Source: Arenicellales bacterium (GTDB lineage: Bacteria; Pseudomonadota; Gammaproteobacteria; Arenicellales; JBFEOO01). Taken from it: a DNA stretch of 64,000 bases. The DNA lies in the NCBI GenBank assembly GCA_041550555.1, contig JBFEOO010000007.1:22598-86597 (forward strand), read 5' to 3'. Position 1 is the stretch's first letter; every line of letters begins with the position of its first letter. The notes under the pieces are model-generated. The model did not search any database and had not been told where the DNA came from. It saw only the letters and a list, made by a program, of their open reading frames with translations. Of this stretch, positions 56,221-64,000 are shown in pieces. The translations under genes were made by a program, and so were the position numbers.

Positions 56221-56508
56221 ATGCCCAATTACGAGTTCGCCTGCGACCCCTGCCGCATTCTCTATCAGACCCGTCTCGGGATAAACGATCCGCGGCCAAC
56301 GTCCTGCCGATCCTGCGGCGGCGATCTGCGACGCGTCGTAGCGGCGCCCATGCTGAACACCCGCAACTTCACGAGCCCCACGGCCGCCAAGTACGCCTCG
56401 CTGTCCGAGCGCGACGAGCTGGCGAAGGAGCGCGAGCTGCAGAAGGTCTACGAGACGGTCTGGATACCGCCGGAAGCGAAACACAGTCCCTGGGACGACG
56501 ATCACTGA
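56221..56508 (+). CDS. FmdB-family zinc-ribbon protein
   Basis: MPNYEFACDPC...CRSCGG is the characteristic CxxC...CxxC N-terminus of the FmdB putative regulatory family. Confidence 0.8.
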   Translation: MPNYEFACDPCRILYQTRLGINDPRPTSCRSCGGDLRRVVAAPMLNTRNFTSPTAAKYASLSERDELAKERELQKVYETVWIPPEAKHSPWDDDH

Positions 56509-56717
56509 TCGACGGGTCGGCGGCCGCCCGCAACACGAGGCGCCGCTGGGCTCGAATCGCCGTCACACGGAGCGGATCCGCTCACACGCCTCGACCACCA
56601 ACACCGCGTTGGGCCCATTGCGCCGCGTACGCTGACGCCGCGCGCTCCCGGACACGTCCAGCGGCGCTATCGAATCAGCCGCCCCCTCATCCTGGCGGCA
56701 CCATACCCTGACCCCCG

Positions 56718-57083
56718 ATGATCGCCTACCTGACCCTCATTCTCTGCTGTCAGCTCGCCGGTGAGCTCATCACCGTGGCGAGCGGCATCCCCATTCCGGG
56801 GCCGGTCGTGGGCATGGTGATACTGTTCGCGGGGCTGCTTGCGCGGGGCCGGCTACCCGACGGCCTGGCAGCGGTCGCCGACACCCTGCTCAGGCACCTC
56901 TCGCTGCTGTTCGTGCCCGCCGGCGTCGGGGTCGTGCTGCATCTGCACGTGGTCAGCGAAGACTGGCCGGCCATCGCCGTCGCGCTCGTCGTCAGCACGC
57001 TGGCGACCATCGCCGTCACGGCGTGGGTGATGGTGCTGCTCGGCCGGCATGCCCCGAGCGACACGGGGACGGAAGAGCGCTAG
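56718..57083 (+). CDS. lrgA: CidA/LrgA family membrane protein
   Basis: 121 aa, four TM. LILCCQLAGELITVASGIPIPGPVVGMVILF is typical of LrgA. Confidence 0.85.
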   Translation: MIAYLTLILCCQLAGELITVASGIPIPGPVVGMVILFAGLLARGRLPDGLAAVADTLLRHLSLLFVPAGVGVVLHLHVVSEDWPAIAVALVVSTLATIAVTAWVMVLLGRHAPSDTGTEER

Positions 57084-57086
57084 CCG

Positions 57087-57806
57087 ATGGGCGCCGATCT
57101 CGAGCGAATCTGGGTATATCTGAGCGCGAGCCCGCTGTTGAGCTTGACGCTGACGCTGGCCGCCTACCAATTGGGCCTGTGGCTCTACACGCGAGCCCGC
57201 CTCAACCCGCTGCTCAACCCCGTGCTCATCGCCGTCTGCATCCTGGTCGGCATTCTGCTCGCCACCCGCACCGAGTATGGTGTGTACTTCGAGGGCGCGC
57301 AGTTCGTCCACTTCCTGCTCGGACCCGCTACCGTCGCGCTCGCCATACCGCTGTACCGGCAGTTCGAAGCCATACGCCGCTCGGCGCTTGCCATCATCGC
57401 CAGCATCGTCACCGGCTCGGCCACTGCAGCGCTGAGCGCCGTCGCTATCGCCCGTCTTTTCGGCGTCTCCGATACCGTCCTCGTCTCGCTGGCACCGAAG
57501 TCGGTCACCACACCGGTGGCCATGGGCATCGCCGAGCAGCTGGGCGGGCTGCCGTCGCTCACGGCCGTGCTCGTTATTCTCACCGGGATCCTAGGCGCGG
57601 CGCTGGGGCCGTTCATGTTGAACCTGCTGCGCATCCGCAGCTGGTCGGCCCGCGGCCTCGCAATCGGCGTCGCCGCGCACGGTATCGGCACGGCGCGCGC
57701 GCTGCAGATCAACGAAGTCGCCGGCGCCTTCTCCGGCCTCGCCATGGGTCTCAACGCCCTGGCCACGGCCGCGCTGCTGCCGCTGCTGTGGAAGCTGATC
57801 CAGTAG
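57087..57806 (+). CDS. lrgB: CidB/LrgB family membrane protein
   Basis: 239 aa polytopic protein. SLAPKSVTTPVAMGIAEQLGG is a conserved LrgB segment. Starts 3 nt after lrgA. Confidence 0.9.
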   Translation: MGADLERIWVYLSASPLLSLTLTLAAYQLGLWLYTRARLNPLLNPVLIAVCILVGILLATRTEYGVYFEGAQFVHFLLGPATVALAIPLYRQFEAIRRSALAIIASIVTGSATAALSAVAIARLFGVSDTVLVSLAPKSVTTPVAMGIAEQLGGLPSLTAVLVILTGILGAALGPFMLNLLRIRSWSARGLAIGVAAHGIGTARALQINEVAGAFSGLAMGLNALATAALLPLLWKLIQ

Positions 57807-57895
57807 CAGTCTCCCGAGACGCCGCGCGCCGCGGCGGCGCCCGGCGGCCGGGATCGAGATCGTTCTACGCGGGCTGCGAGCGCCGCGGGCGGTCG

Positions 57896-59002
57896 TTACA
57901 GAGCGGCGCGGGTGCGCGCCTTCTCCGCGTGGCGTTCTAGAGCGAGCTCGATCAGCCGGTCGATGAGCTCGGTGTAGCTGATGCCGCTCGCCTCCCAGAG
58001 CTTCGGGTACATGCTGATCGGCGTGAAGCCCGGCATGGTGTTCACCTCGTTCAGAAATATTTCGTCATCGTCACGGCGTACGAGAAAATCGACGCGGGCG
58101 AGACCGGCCGCCTCGACGGCCCGAAACGCTCGCACTGCAAGGTCCCGGATGCGCTCGCCCATCGCCACCGGCAGCTCGGCCGGAATGATCAGCTGGGAGC
58201 GGTCGTCGACGTACTTCGCGTCGTAGTCGTAGAACTCATTGCACGGCACGATCTCTCCGATCACCGACGCCTGGGGATCGTCGTTACCCAAGACAGAGCA
58301 CTCGATCTCGCGACAGTTCTCCACCGAGGCCTCGACAATCACCTTATAGTCGAACTCCATGGCGGTCTCGATTGCCCTATACAGCTCGCCGCGGTCGTGT
58401 GCCTTCGAGACGCCGACGCTCGAGCCGAGATTGGCCGGCTTGACGAACATCGGATAGTGCAGGCCCTTTTCCAGCTCGGCTACGATGGCGTCGGGCTCTA
58501 CCCGCCAGCGATGGCGGCGCAGCACCCGGTGGTCCACCTGCGGCAGCCCCTCGGCGCGAAAGACCCGCTTCGACATCTCCTTGTCCATCCCCACCGCCGA
58601 GCCCACCACACCCGACCCCACGTACGCGATCCCGGCGAGCTCGAGCAGACCCTGCACGGTGCCGTCCTCGCCGAACGGGCCATGCAGCAGCGGAAAGACC
58701 ACGTCGAGCTTGTGCTCCCCGGCGGTGAGCGCGCCCGAGGGCGTCGACTCGACCAGCGCCCGCGTCCCCGGATAGTCCAGCAGCACCGATGACATGTCCT
58801 CGCCGTCGACCACCCCCCCCGCGAGCACCTTGAGCGCGTCTCGGGCCAGCAGCCAGCGTCCGTCCTTGGCGATACCGATCATCGTCACCTCATATCTGTC
58901 GGGGTTCACCGCCTGCAGCACGGACCGCGCCGAGGTCACCGACACCTCGTGCTCACAGGAGCGGCCGCCGAACAGAATTCCCAAGCGCAGCTTGTCCGTC
59001 AT
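57896..59002 (-). CDS. ddl: D-alanine--D-alanine ligase (long form)
   Basis: LRLGILFGGRSCEHEVSVTSA, HGPFGEDGTVQGLLE, NEVNTMPGFTPISMYPKLW. Confidence 0.9.
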   Translation of the reverse strand: MTDKLRLGILFGGRSCEHEVSVTSARSVLQAVNPDRYEVTMIGIAKDGRWLLARDALKVLAGGVVDGEDMSSVLLDYPGTRALVESTPSGALTAGEHKLDVVFPLLHGPFGEDGTVQGLLELAGIAYVGSGVVGSAVGMDKEMSKRVFRAEGLPQVDHRVLRRHRWRVEPDAIVAELEKGLHYPMFVKPANLGSSVGVSKAHDRGELYRAIETAMEFDYKVIVEASVENCREIECSVLGNDDPQASVIGEIVPCNEFYDYDAKYVDDRSQLIIPAELPVAMGERIRDLAVRAFRAVEAAGLARVDFLVRRDDDEIFLNEVNTMPGFTPISMYPKLWEASGISYTELIDRLIELALERHAEKARTRAAL

Positions 59003-59133
59003 CGTGATCTCCGCTTACGGCCGCTGCCGTTCAGCCGGCGTCGCGACGCCGGGGCGATCGAATCGGCCGGCGGCCGCCAGCGGCGCCGCACACGACAACG
59101 TAGCCGCGTGTTGGATGAGGATGCAGGCCGACG

Positions 59134-60057
59134 TCAACTGAACAGCGAGTCGCTGGCGTGGCGCCGCACGTAATCGGCGATGAAGTCGGAGAAGATCCCA
59201 CGCACACGCCGCGTCATCTCTCCCCCGCCTTCGGGAAACTCCACCATCGAGCCGTCCTCCAGACGCAGGCTGCGTACCGGCATGACCTCACGGGTGGCGC
59301 TCGTCACGAAGCATTCCGTGGCGCGCGCCAGCTCGGCGGCCGGAATGTCGCGCTCCTCGGTGTCGACCCCCTGAGCGGCGCAGGCCTGGTGCACGGCGCG
59401 TCTGGTCAGCCCGCGCAGCACACCCGAAGCCGCCGTGACGACGCGCCCGTCGATGACGAACCACACGTTGCTGTTCGCCGCTTCCGTGACATAGCCCTCG
59501 CGGCTCAGAATGACGCAGTCGTCGGCGCCGAGCGCTCGGGCCTCGGTGATGGCGAGTATGTTGTTCAGATAGTTGCCGCCCTTGATGTTGGGGTCCAGCG
59601 CGTTGGTCGGGTTGCGCCGCACGCTGGGAATCGCCATGCGCATACCTTCGGAGTAGAACCGCGGGTTCCAGGGCGGCAGCTCTTTTACGATGATGACGTA
59701 GCGACTGTGCAGGTCCGGGCGCGGATACAAATCCACGGGACCCTCGCCGCGGGTGATCTGGTAACGCACGTAGACATCGTGCCCGATGCTCGCCCCCGAC
59801 GCCTTGACCGTCCTGCGAATCTCCGCGACGAGCTCCTCGCGCGTCTGGCTGATGTGCATACTGATCAGTCGCGCCGAATTCTCCAGACGCTCGAAGTGCT
59901 CTTCCATCATGAAGGGGACACCGTCGTAGGTGCGGAACACCTCGTAGACCGAGTCGCCGTACAGAAAGCCGCGATCCATCACGGGAATGCACGCCTGCTC
60001 GGTCGGCGTGATGACGCCATCGATGTTCGTCGTATTGCGCACAGCGTTATCAGCCAT
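59134..60057 (-). CDS. Fold-type IV (class IV) aminotransferase, BCAT/D-amino-acid aminotransferase family
   Basis: 307 aa from ATG 60057. DRGFLYGDSVYEVFRTY, PLP-lysine context DPNIKGGNYLNNILA, EAANSNVWFV. The listed 710-aa ORF upstream part is antisense to the next gene. Confidence 0.85.
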   Translation of the reverse strand: MADNAVRNTTNIDGVITPTEQACIPVMDRGFLYGDSVYEVFRTYDGVPFMMEEHFERLENSARLISMHISQTREELVAEIRRTVKASGASIGHDVYVRYQITRGEGPVDLYPRPDLHSRYVIIVKELPPWNPRFYSEGMRMAIPSVRRNPTNALDPNIKGGNYLNNILAITEARALGADDCVILSREGYVTEAANSNVWFVIDGRVVTAASGVLRGLTRRAVHQACAAQGVDTEERDIPAAELARATECFVTSATREVMPVRSLRLEDGSMVEFPEGGGEMTRRVRGIFSDFIADYVRRHASDSLFS

Positions 60058-60170
60058 CGTCGTCTTCTCCACCGTAGCGCGCGCGAGCGAGCATAGGGGC
60101 GGTCCGCGAGCCGTGTCAAACGCGCCGGCCTGTGCCGCGCGACGGCGCGCGCATACGCTGGCGGCGCGGC

Positions 60171-60181
60171 TGGTATAGAAT
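60171..60181 (+). promoter_or_regulatory. Candidate extended -10 promoter (TGGTATAGAAT)
   Basis: Lies 44 nt upstream of GTG 60226 in the divergent region between the aminotransferase gene and the DUF1611 gene. Confidence 0.4.
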
Positions 60182-60225
60182 TTCCCGGGGTCTCTACACA
60201 GCGTCTCGACGCGAGGATCGATGCC

Positions 60226-61236
60226 GTGGTCGCCATGTTGGACATCAACAAACCGTACCTGCTGTTTCTCGGGGACGCGCCCGACGCGCTCGCGGCCAAG
60301 ACGGCGTTCGGCGTCTTCGACTGGCGCCGCGAGGACTGCGTGGGCCAGCTGCGCTTGCCGGGCTGCGTGCCGCGGCTCGAGCTCCCCGAGCTCACCCCCG
60401 CCGAGGCGGTCGCTCGCGGCGCCAGGACGCTCGTCGTCGGCGTCGCCAACCGTGGCGGCACCGTGGCGGAGAGCTGGCTGGGCAGCCTCGTCGACGCTCT
60501 CGAGCAGGGCATGGACGTCGCCAGCGGCCTGCACACGCGCCTGACCGCCGTCGACGTCCTGCGTGAGCGCGCCGTGCAGCTCGGCCGCACTCTTCACGAC
60601 GTTCGGCATCCGGCACAGACGCTGCCCATCGGCACCGGCCTGCCGCGCTCCGGGCACCGTCTGCTCACCGTCGGCACCGATGCCTCTGTCGGCAAGATGT
60701 ACACCGCGCTGGCCATCGAGAAGGCGCTGCGGCGACGCGGCGTGAGCGCTGATTTTCGCGCCACGGGCCAGACCGGCATTCTCATCGCCGGATCCGGCAT
60801 CTCCGTCGACGCCGTGGTGGCCGACTTCATCTCGGGCGCCGCCGAGGTCCTCGCCCCGGCCAACGACCCCGAGCACTGGGATCTCGTCGAGGGCCAGGGC
60901 TCGCTGCTCCATCCCTCGTTCGCCGGCGTCACGCTGGGACTCATCCACGGCGCCCAGCCCGATGTGCTGGTGCTCTGCCACGAGCCGACGCGCACCCACA
61001 TGCGCGGGCTGCCACACCAGCCGATGCCGTCGCTCGAACAGTGTCTCGAGGCCAACCTGGCGGCCGCGCGCCTGGTCAGCCCCGACGTGCGGTGCGCCGG
61101 CATCGCGATCAACACCAAGGCGCTCGAGCCCGACGCCGCCCTGCGCCTGCTCAAGGACACCGAGGACAACGAGGGCCTGCCCTGTGTGGACCCAGTCCGC
61201 ACCGGCGTCGAGGCCATCGTCGATCGGCTCCTCTAG
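60226..61236 (+). CDS. dgcN: DUF1611 protein (DgcN-type putative D-glutamate N-acetyltransferase)
   Basis: KPYLLFLGDAPDALAAKTAFGV, P-loop-like LLTVGTDASVGKMYTAL, WDLVEGQGSLLHPSFAGVTLGL. The function assignment relies on my recollection of the DgcN/DgcA description. Confidence 0.75.
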   Translation: MVAMLDINKPYLLFLGDAPDALAAKTAFGVFDWRREDCVGQLRLPGCVPRLELPELTPAEAVARGARTLVVGVANRGGTVAESWLGSLVDALEQGMDVASGLHTRLTAVDVLRERAVQLGRTLHDVRHPAQTLPIGTGLPRSGHRLLTVGTDASVGKMYTALAIEKALRRRGVSADFRATGQTGILIAGSGISVDAVVADFISGAAEVLAPANDPEHWDLVEGQGSLLHPSFAGVTLGLIHGAQPDVLVLCHEPTRTHMRGLPHQPMPSLEQCLEANLAAARLVSPDVRCAGIAINTKALEPDAALRLLKDTEDNEGLPCVDPVRTGVEAIVDRLL

Positions 61237-62216
61237 TGCGCACGTTGTCGGCGAGGGCCGAGACATGGCCGTTGCGCGAGGCGTTCACCATCGCCCGCGA
61301 CAGTCGCCTCGACGTCGACGTCGTAGTCGCCACCATCAGCGAGGCCGATGTTCGCGGACGCGGCGAGTGCCGGCCCTACGCACGTTACGGGGAGAGCGTC
61401 GAGAGCGTTCTGGCCGCGATCGACTCGGCGCGCGGCCCCATCGCGGAGGGCATCTCCCGGGACGAGCTGCTCGAGCTGCTACCGCGCGGCGCGGCGCGCA
61501 ATGCCGTAGACTGCGCGCTGTGGGATCTCGAGGCCAAACACGCGGGGCAACGGGCATGGGCGCTGGCGGGTATTGCGGCGCCGCAGCCGGTGGCTACGGC
61601 CTACACGCTCAGCCTCGATCAGCCGCAGGCCATGGGACGGGCCGCCGCGACTCACCGCAGCCGGCCGCTGCTGAAGATCAAGCTCGGGCCCGAGGGGTCG
61701 ATCGAGCGCGTCCGCGCCGTGCGGGCCGGCGCACCCGAGGCGCGACTGATCATCGACGCCAACGAAGCGTGGACCATCGCCGAGCTCGCCCGTTGCCTGC
61801 CCGAGTTCGCCGCGCTCGGTGTCGAGATGATCGAACAGCCGCTGCCCGCGGGAGAGGACGCCGCGCTGGCCGCCGTTGATCGCCTCGTCCCCATCGGCGC
61901 CGACGAATCGTGCCACCATGCAGGTGACGTGGAGCGACTGCGCGAGCTCTACGACGTGCTCAACATCAAGCTCGACAAGACCGGCGGTCTCACGGCGGCG
62001 TTCGCGCTGCGGACGGCAGCGCTCGCTGCCGGCCGCAGCATCATGATCGGCAGCATGCTGGCGACCTCTCTGGCAATGGCGCCGGCGACGCTGCTCACGG
62101 CTCAGGCGCGCTACGTGGATCTCGATGGCCCGTTGCTGCTGGCCGCAGACCGGCAGCCGGGTCTGCGCTACGCCGACGGCTGCGTCTATCCGCCGGAGGC
62201 GGCGCTGTGGGGCTGA
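61236..62216 (+). CDS. dgcA: Enolase-superfamily dipeptide-epimerase-like protein (DgcA-type N-acetyl-D-glutamate racemase candidate)
   Basis: GTG 61236 shares one base with the upstream TAG (TAGTG). AVDCALWDLEAK, KIKLG, IIDANEAW, IEQPL, GADES and NIKLDKTGG give the enolase-superfamily metal and base pattern. Confidence 0.75.
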   Translation: MRTLSARAETWPLREAFTIARDSRLDVDVVVATISEADVRGRGECRPYARYGESVESVLAAIDSARGPIAEGISRDELLELLPRGAARNAVDCALWDLEAKHAGQRAWALAGIAAPQPVATAYTLSLDQPQAMGRAAATHRSRPLLKIKLGPEGSIERVRAVRAGAPEARLIIDANEAWTIAELARCLPEFAALGVEMIEQPLPAGEDAALAAVDRLVPIGADESCHHAGDVERLRELYDVLNIKLDKTGGLTAAFALRTAALAAGRSIMIGSMLATSLAMAPATLLTAQARYVDLDGPLLLAADRQPGLRYADGCVYPPEAALWG

Positions 62217-62328
62217 GGGCGCGTCGTTCCGTGCGACGCACGCGTGGCCGGGACGACGCCCTCGGGGGCAGCACCGCCGACGCCGTTCCGAGAGAGACCA
62301 TCGATCACGAGGTGCGAGGAGTGGGTTT

Positions 62329-64000
62329 ATGCGCGTAGTCAAGATCGTCGCCTGGCTGCTGGGGCTCGCGGTGACGGCGGTCGTGGTGACGGCCATCGCC
62401 GTCGCCCTGTTCATCGACCCCAACGACTACAAGGACGACGTCGCACGCACCGTGCGCGATGCCACCGGGCGCGAGCTCGAGATTCGCGGAGACATCGAGC
62501 TGTCGCTGTTTCCGTGGCTCGGCTTGGAAACCGGCGCCGTGACGCTTGCCAACCCGCCCGGCTTCGGCGACGAACCCATGCTCAGCATCGACCACGCCGC
62601 CGTGCGGCTGCGTCTGCTGCCGTTGCTCGGACGCCAGATCGAGGCGGACACCGTGGTCATCACCGGGCTGCGGCTGCGCCTGATCACCGACGCTGAGGGC
62701 CGCAGCAACTGGGCCGATCTGACCGCCGCCGGCGGTGCGCCGGACGACGGCGGCTCGGCAGCCGGTTCGTCGGCCGCCGTCGCCGGCGCGCTGGCAATTC
62801 AGGGCATCGACATCTCCGACGGCCTCATCGTGTGGGACGACCGCGCGAGCGGCGTGCGCTACGAAGTCGCGGACCTCGACATCGACACCGGCGCCATCCG
62901 CCCCGACAGCCCGATCCCGATAGCGGTGGAGCTGCGTTTCACCGGCAGCGATGTGCCGGAGCTGACGCTGGCGGCGCGCACTGAAGCCTTCGTCGAGCTC
63001 GCCGCGCGCAGCGGGCGACTGGAAAACCTGACGGCGCAGCTCGGCGGGGCCGTCGCGGCGAATCTGACCGCCGACGCCATCGATATGGCGCACGAGACAC
63101 GCACGCTCGGTGCGCGGGGCGTGGCGTTGCGAGCCGAGCAGGCGTACGGCACGGTGGGGGTCGATGTACCCGAGCTCGACATGGATCTCGATGCGCTGGC
63201 GGCCGCCGCCAGGCGCGTCTCCGCCTCGCTGCAAGGGGAGAGCATCGACGTGCGCGTGGCGCTCGAGGCGCTCGACGTCGACCTTGCCCAAGGCACGCTC
63301 ACGGGCCGCACCATGACAGGAGGCGGGCGCGTGCAGGACACCGATCTCGAGCTGACGCTCCCGGCACTCGACGGCGCGCTGGCCGGTCGCACCGTGCACA
63401 CCCGCGACATGGTGCTGAACGCGCGTCGCGGCGCCTTGCAGGCCAGCGCCTCGCTGCCGGCGGTGGCCTTCGATGGCCTCGCCCAGACGCTGTCCGTGCC
63501 GGCCTTCACGCTCAACGCCGCCGGCACCGAGCTCAGTGGGGCGATCGAGGGCAGCGCACTCATCGATGCGCCGCGGGTGAGCGGTCGAATCGACGGCCGC
63601 AGCGCCTCGCTGCGCGGGCTGCTGCAAGCGCTCGCACTCGAGACAGCGACCGCCGACCCCGACGTGCTCGCGGCTGCGACGGTCAGCGCCGAGTTCGCGG
63701 CGTCGACCGAATCCGCCTCGCTGTCGAAGCTGCAGGGCACCATCGACGACGTCACCTTCGCCGGCCGGATACAGCTCACCCGCTTCGACCCGCCGGCCTT
63801 CGACGCCGAGCTCGACCTCGGCCGCCTGGTCCTCGACCGCTACCTCCCTCCCCCGGCGACGGGACAAACCGTCGCAGCCCAGGACGCGGCGGCAGCTGCA
63901 GCCGCGCCGGTCGGACTCGGTGCGCTCGACGCCACCGCCCGCATTCGCGTCGAGCAGCTCGTCATGCAGCAGGCGGGCTATGTCATCGACGATTTCGAGA
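62329..64000 (+). CDS. asmA: AsmA-family outer-membrane biogenesis protein, N-terminal part (3' end outside window)
   Basis: Not in the ORF track because the frame never closes. I translated it by hand: MRVVKIVAWLLGLAVTAVVVTAIAVALFIDPNDYKDDVARTVRDATGRELEIRGDIELSLFPWLGLETGAVTL...IQGIDISDGLIVWDDRASGVRYEV. SD GAGGAG upstream. Confidence 0.75.
   Translation, partial: MRVVKIVAWLLGLAVTAVVVTAIAVALFIDPNDYKDDVARTVRDATGRELEIRGDIELSLFPWLGLETGAVTLANPPGFGDEPMLSIDHAAVRLRLLPLLGRQIEADTVVITGLRLRLITDAEGRSNWADLTAAGGAPDDGGSAAGSSAAVAGALAIQGIDISDGLIVWDDRASGVRYEVADLDIDTGAIRPDSPIPIAVELRFTGSDVPELTLAARTEAFVELAARSGRLENLTAQLGGAVAANLTADAIDMAHETRTLGARGVALRAEQAYGTVGVDVPELDMDLDALAAAARRVSASLQGESIDVRVALEALDVDLAQGTLTGRTMTGGGRVQDTDLELTLPALDGALAGRTVHTRDMVLNARRGALQASASLPAVAFDGLAQTLSVPAFTLNAAGTELSGAIEGSALIDAPRVSGRIDGRSASLRGLLQALALETATADPDVLAAATVSAEFAASTESASLSKLQGTIDDVTFAGRIQLTRFDPPAFDAELDLGRLVLDRYLPPPATGQTVAAQDAAAAAAAPVGLGALDATARIRVEQLVMQQAGYVIDDFE

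Noticed and set aside
60058-61266. N-terminal 400 aa of the 710-aa ORF 59134..61266
   Set aside because: Only the C-terminal 307 aa (from ATG 60057) form the class IV aminotransferase. The upstream part is antisense to the DUF1611 gene and crosses a promoter-like intergenic region.

Overview
High-GC (roughly two-thirds G+C by eye) proteobacterial chromosomal DNA, densely coding, with about 60 protein genes on both strands. I found no rRNA, tRNA, CRISPR array, transposase, integrase or phage gene. Because stop codons are rare at this GC content, most long ORFs in the supplied track are antisense shadow ORFs or 5' over-extensions. I kept only frames with recognisable domain motifs and trimmed starts using Shine-Dalgarno spacing and signal peptides. 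Content in order: MscS fragment; an Lpp-like lipoprotein flanked by two L,D-transpeptidases; gabD/gcdH; an AP-superfamily phosphodiesterase, PfkB kinase and CDP-alcohol phosphatidyltransferase neighbourhood; livHMGF-DUF6867-livK; dapE-argD; a Mce/Mla-type ABC operon; degP plus a two-component system; argE; a cytochrome c-GMC oxidoreductase pair; a double-thioredoxin protein; a TRAP transporter; a GlxA-linked catabolic island built around a non-pyrrolysine MttB homologue; and a D-amino-acid/cell-wall-related neighbourhood (D-aminoacylase, ddl, fold-type-IV aminotransferase, DUF1611 plus enolase-type epimerase). The window ends in a truncated AsmA gene that the ORF track does not list. I see no clear-cut novel system such as a defence island. 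The best candidates for undescribed biology are the MttB island (42.1-50.4 kb), the ddl/aminotransferase//DUF1611-epimerase cluster with lrgAB (56.7-62.2 kb), the Lpp-Ldt module (1.5-3.6 kb) and the amidohydrolase-FmdB pair with its structured flanks (54.4-56.5 kb). All functional calls rest on motif recognition by eye, not on database searches.
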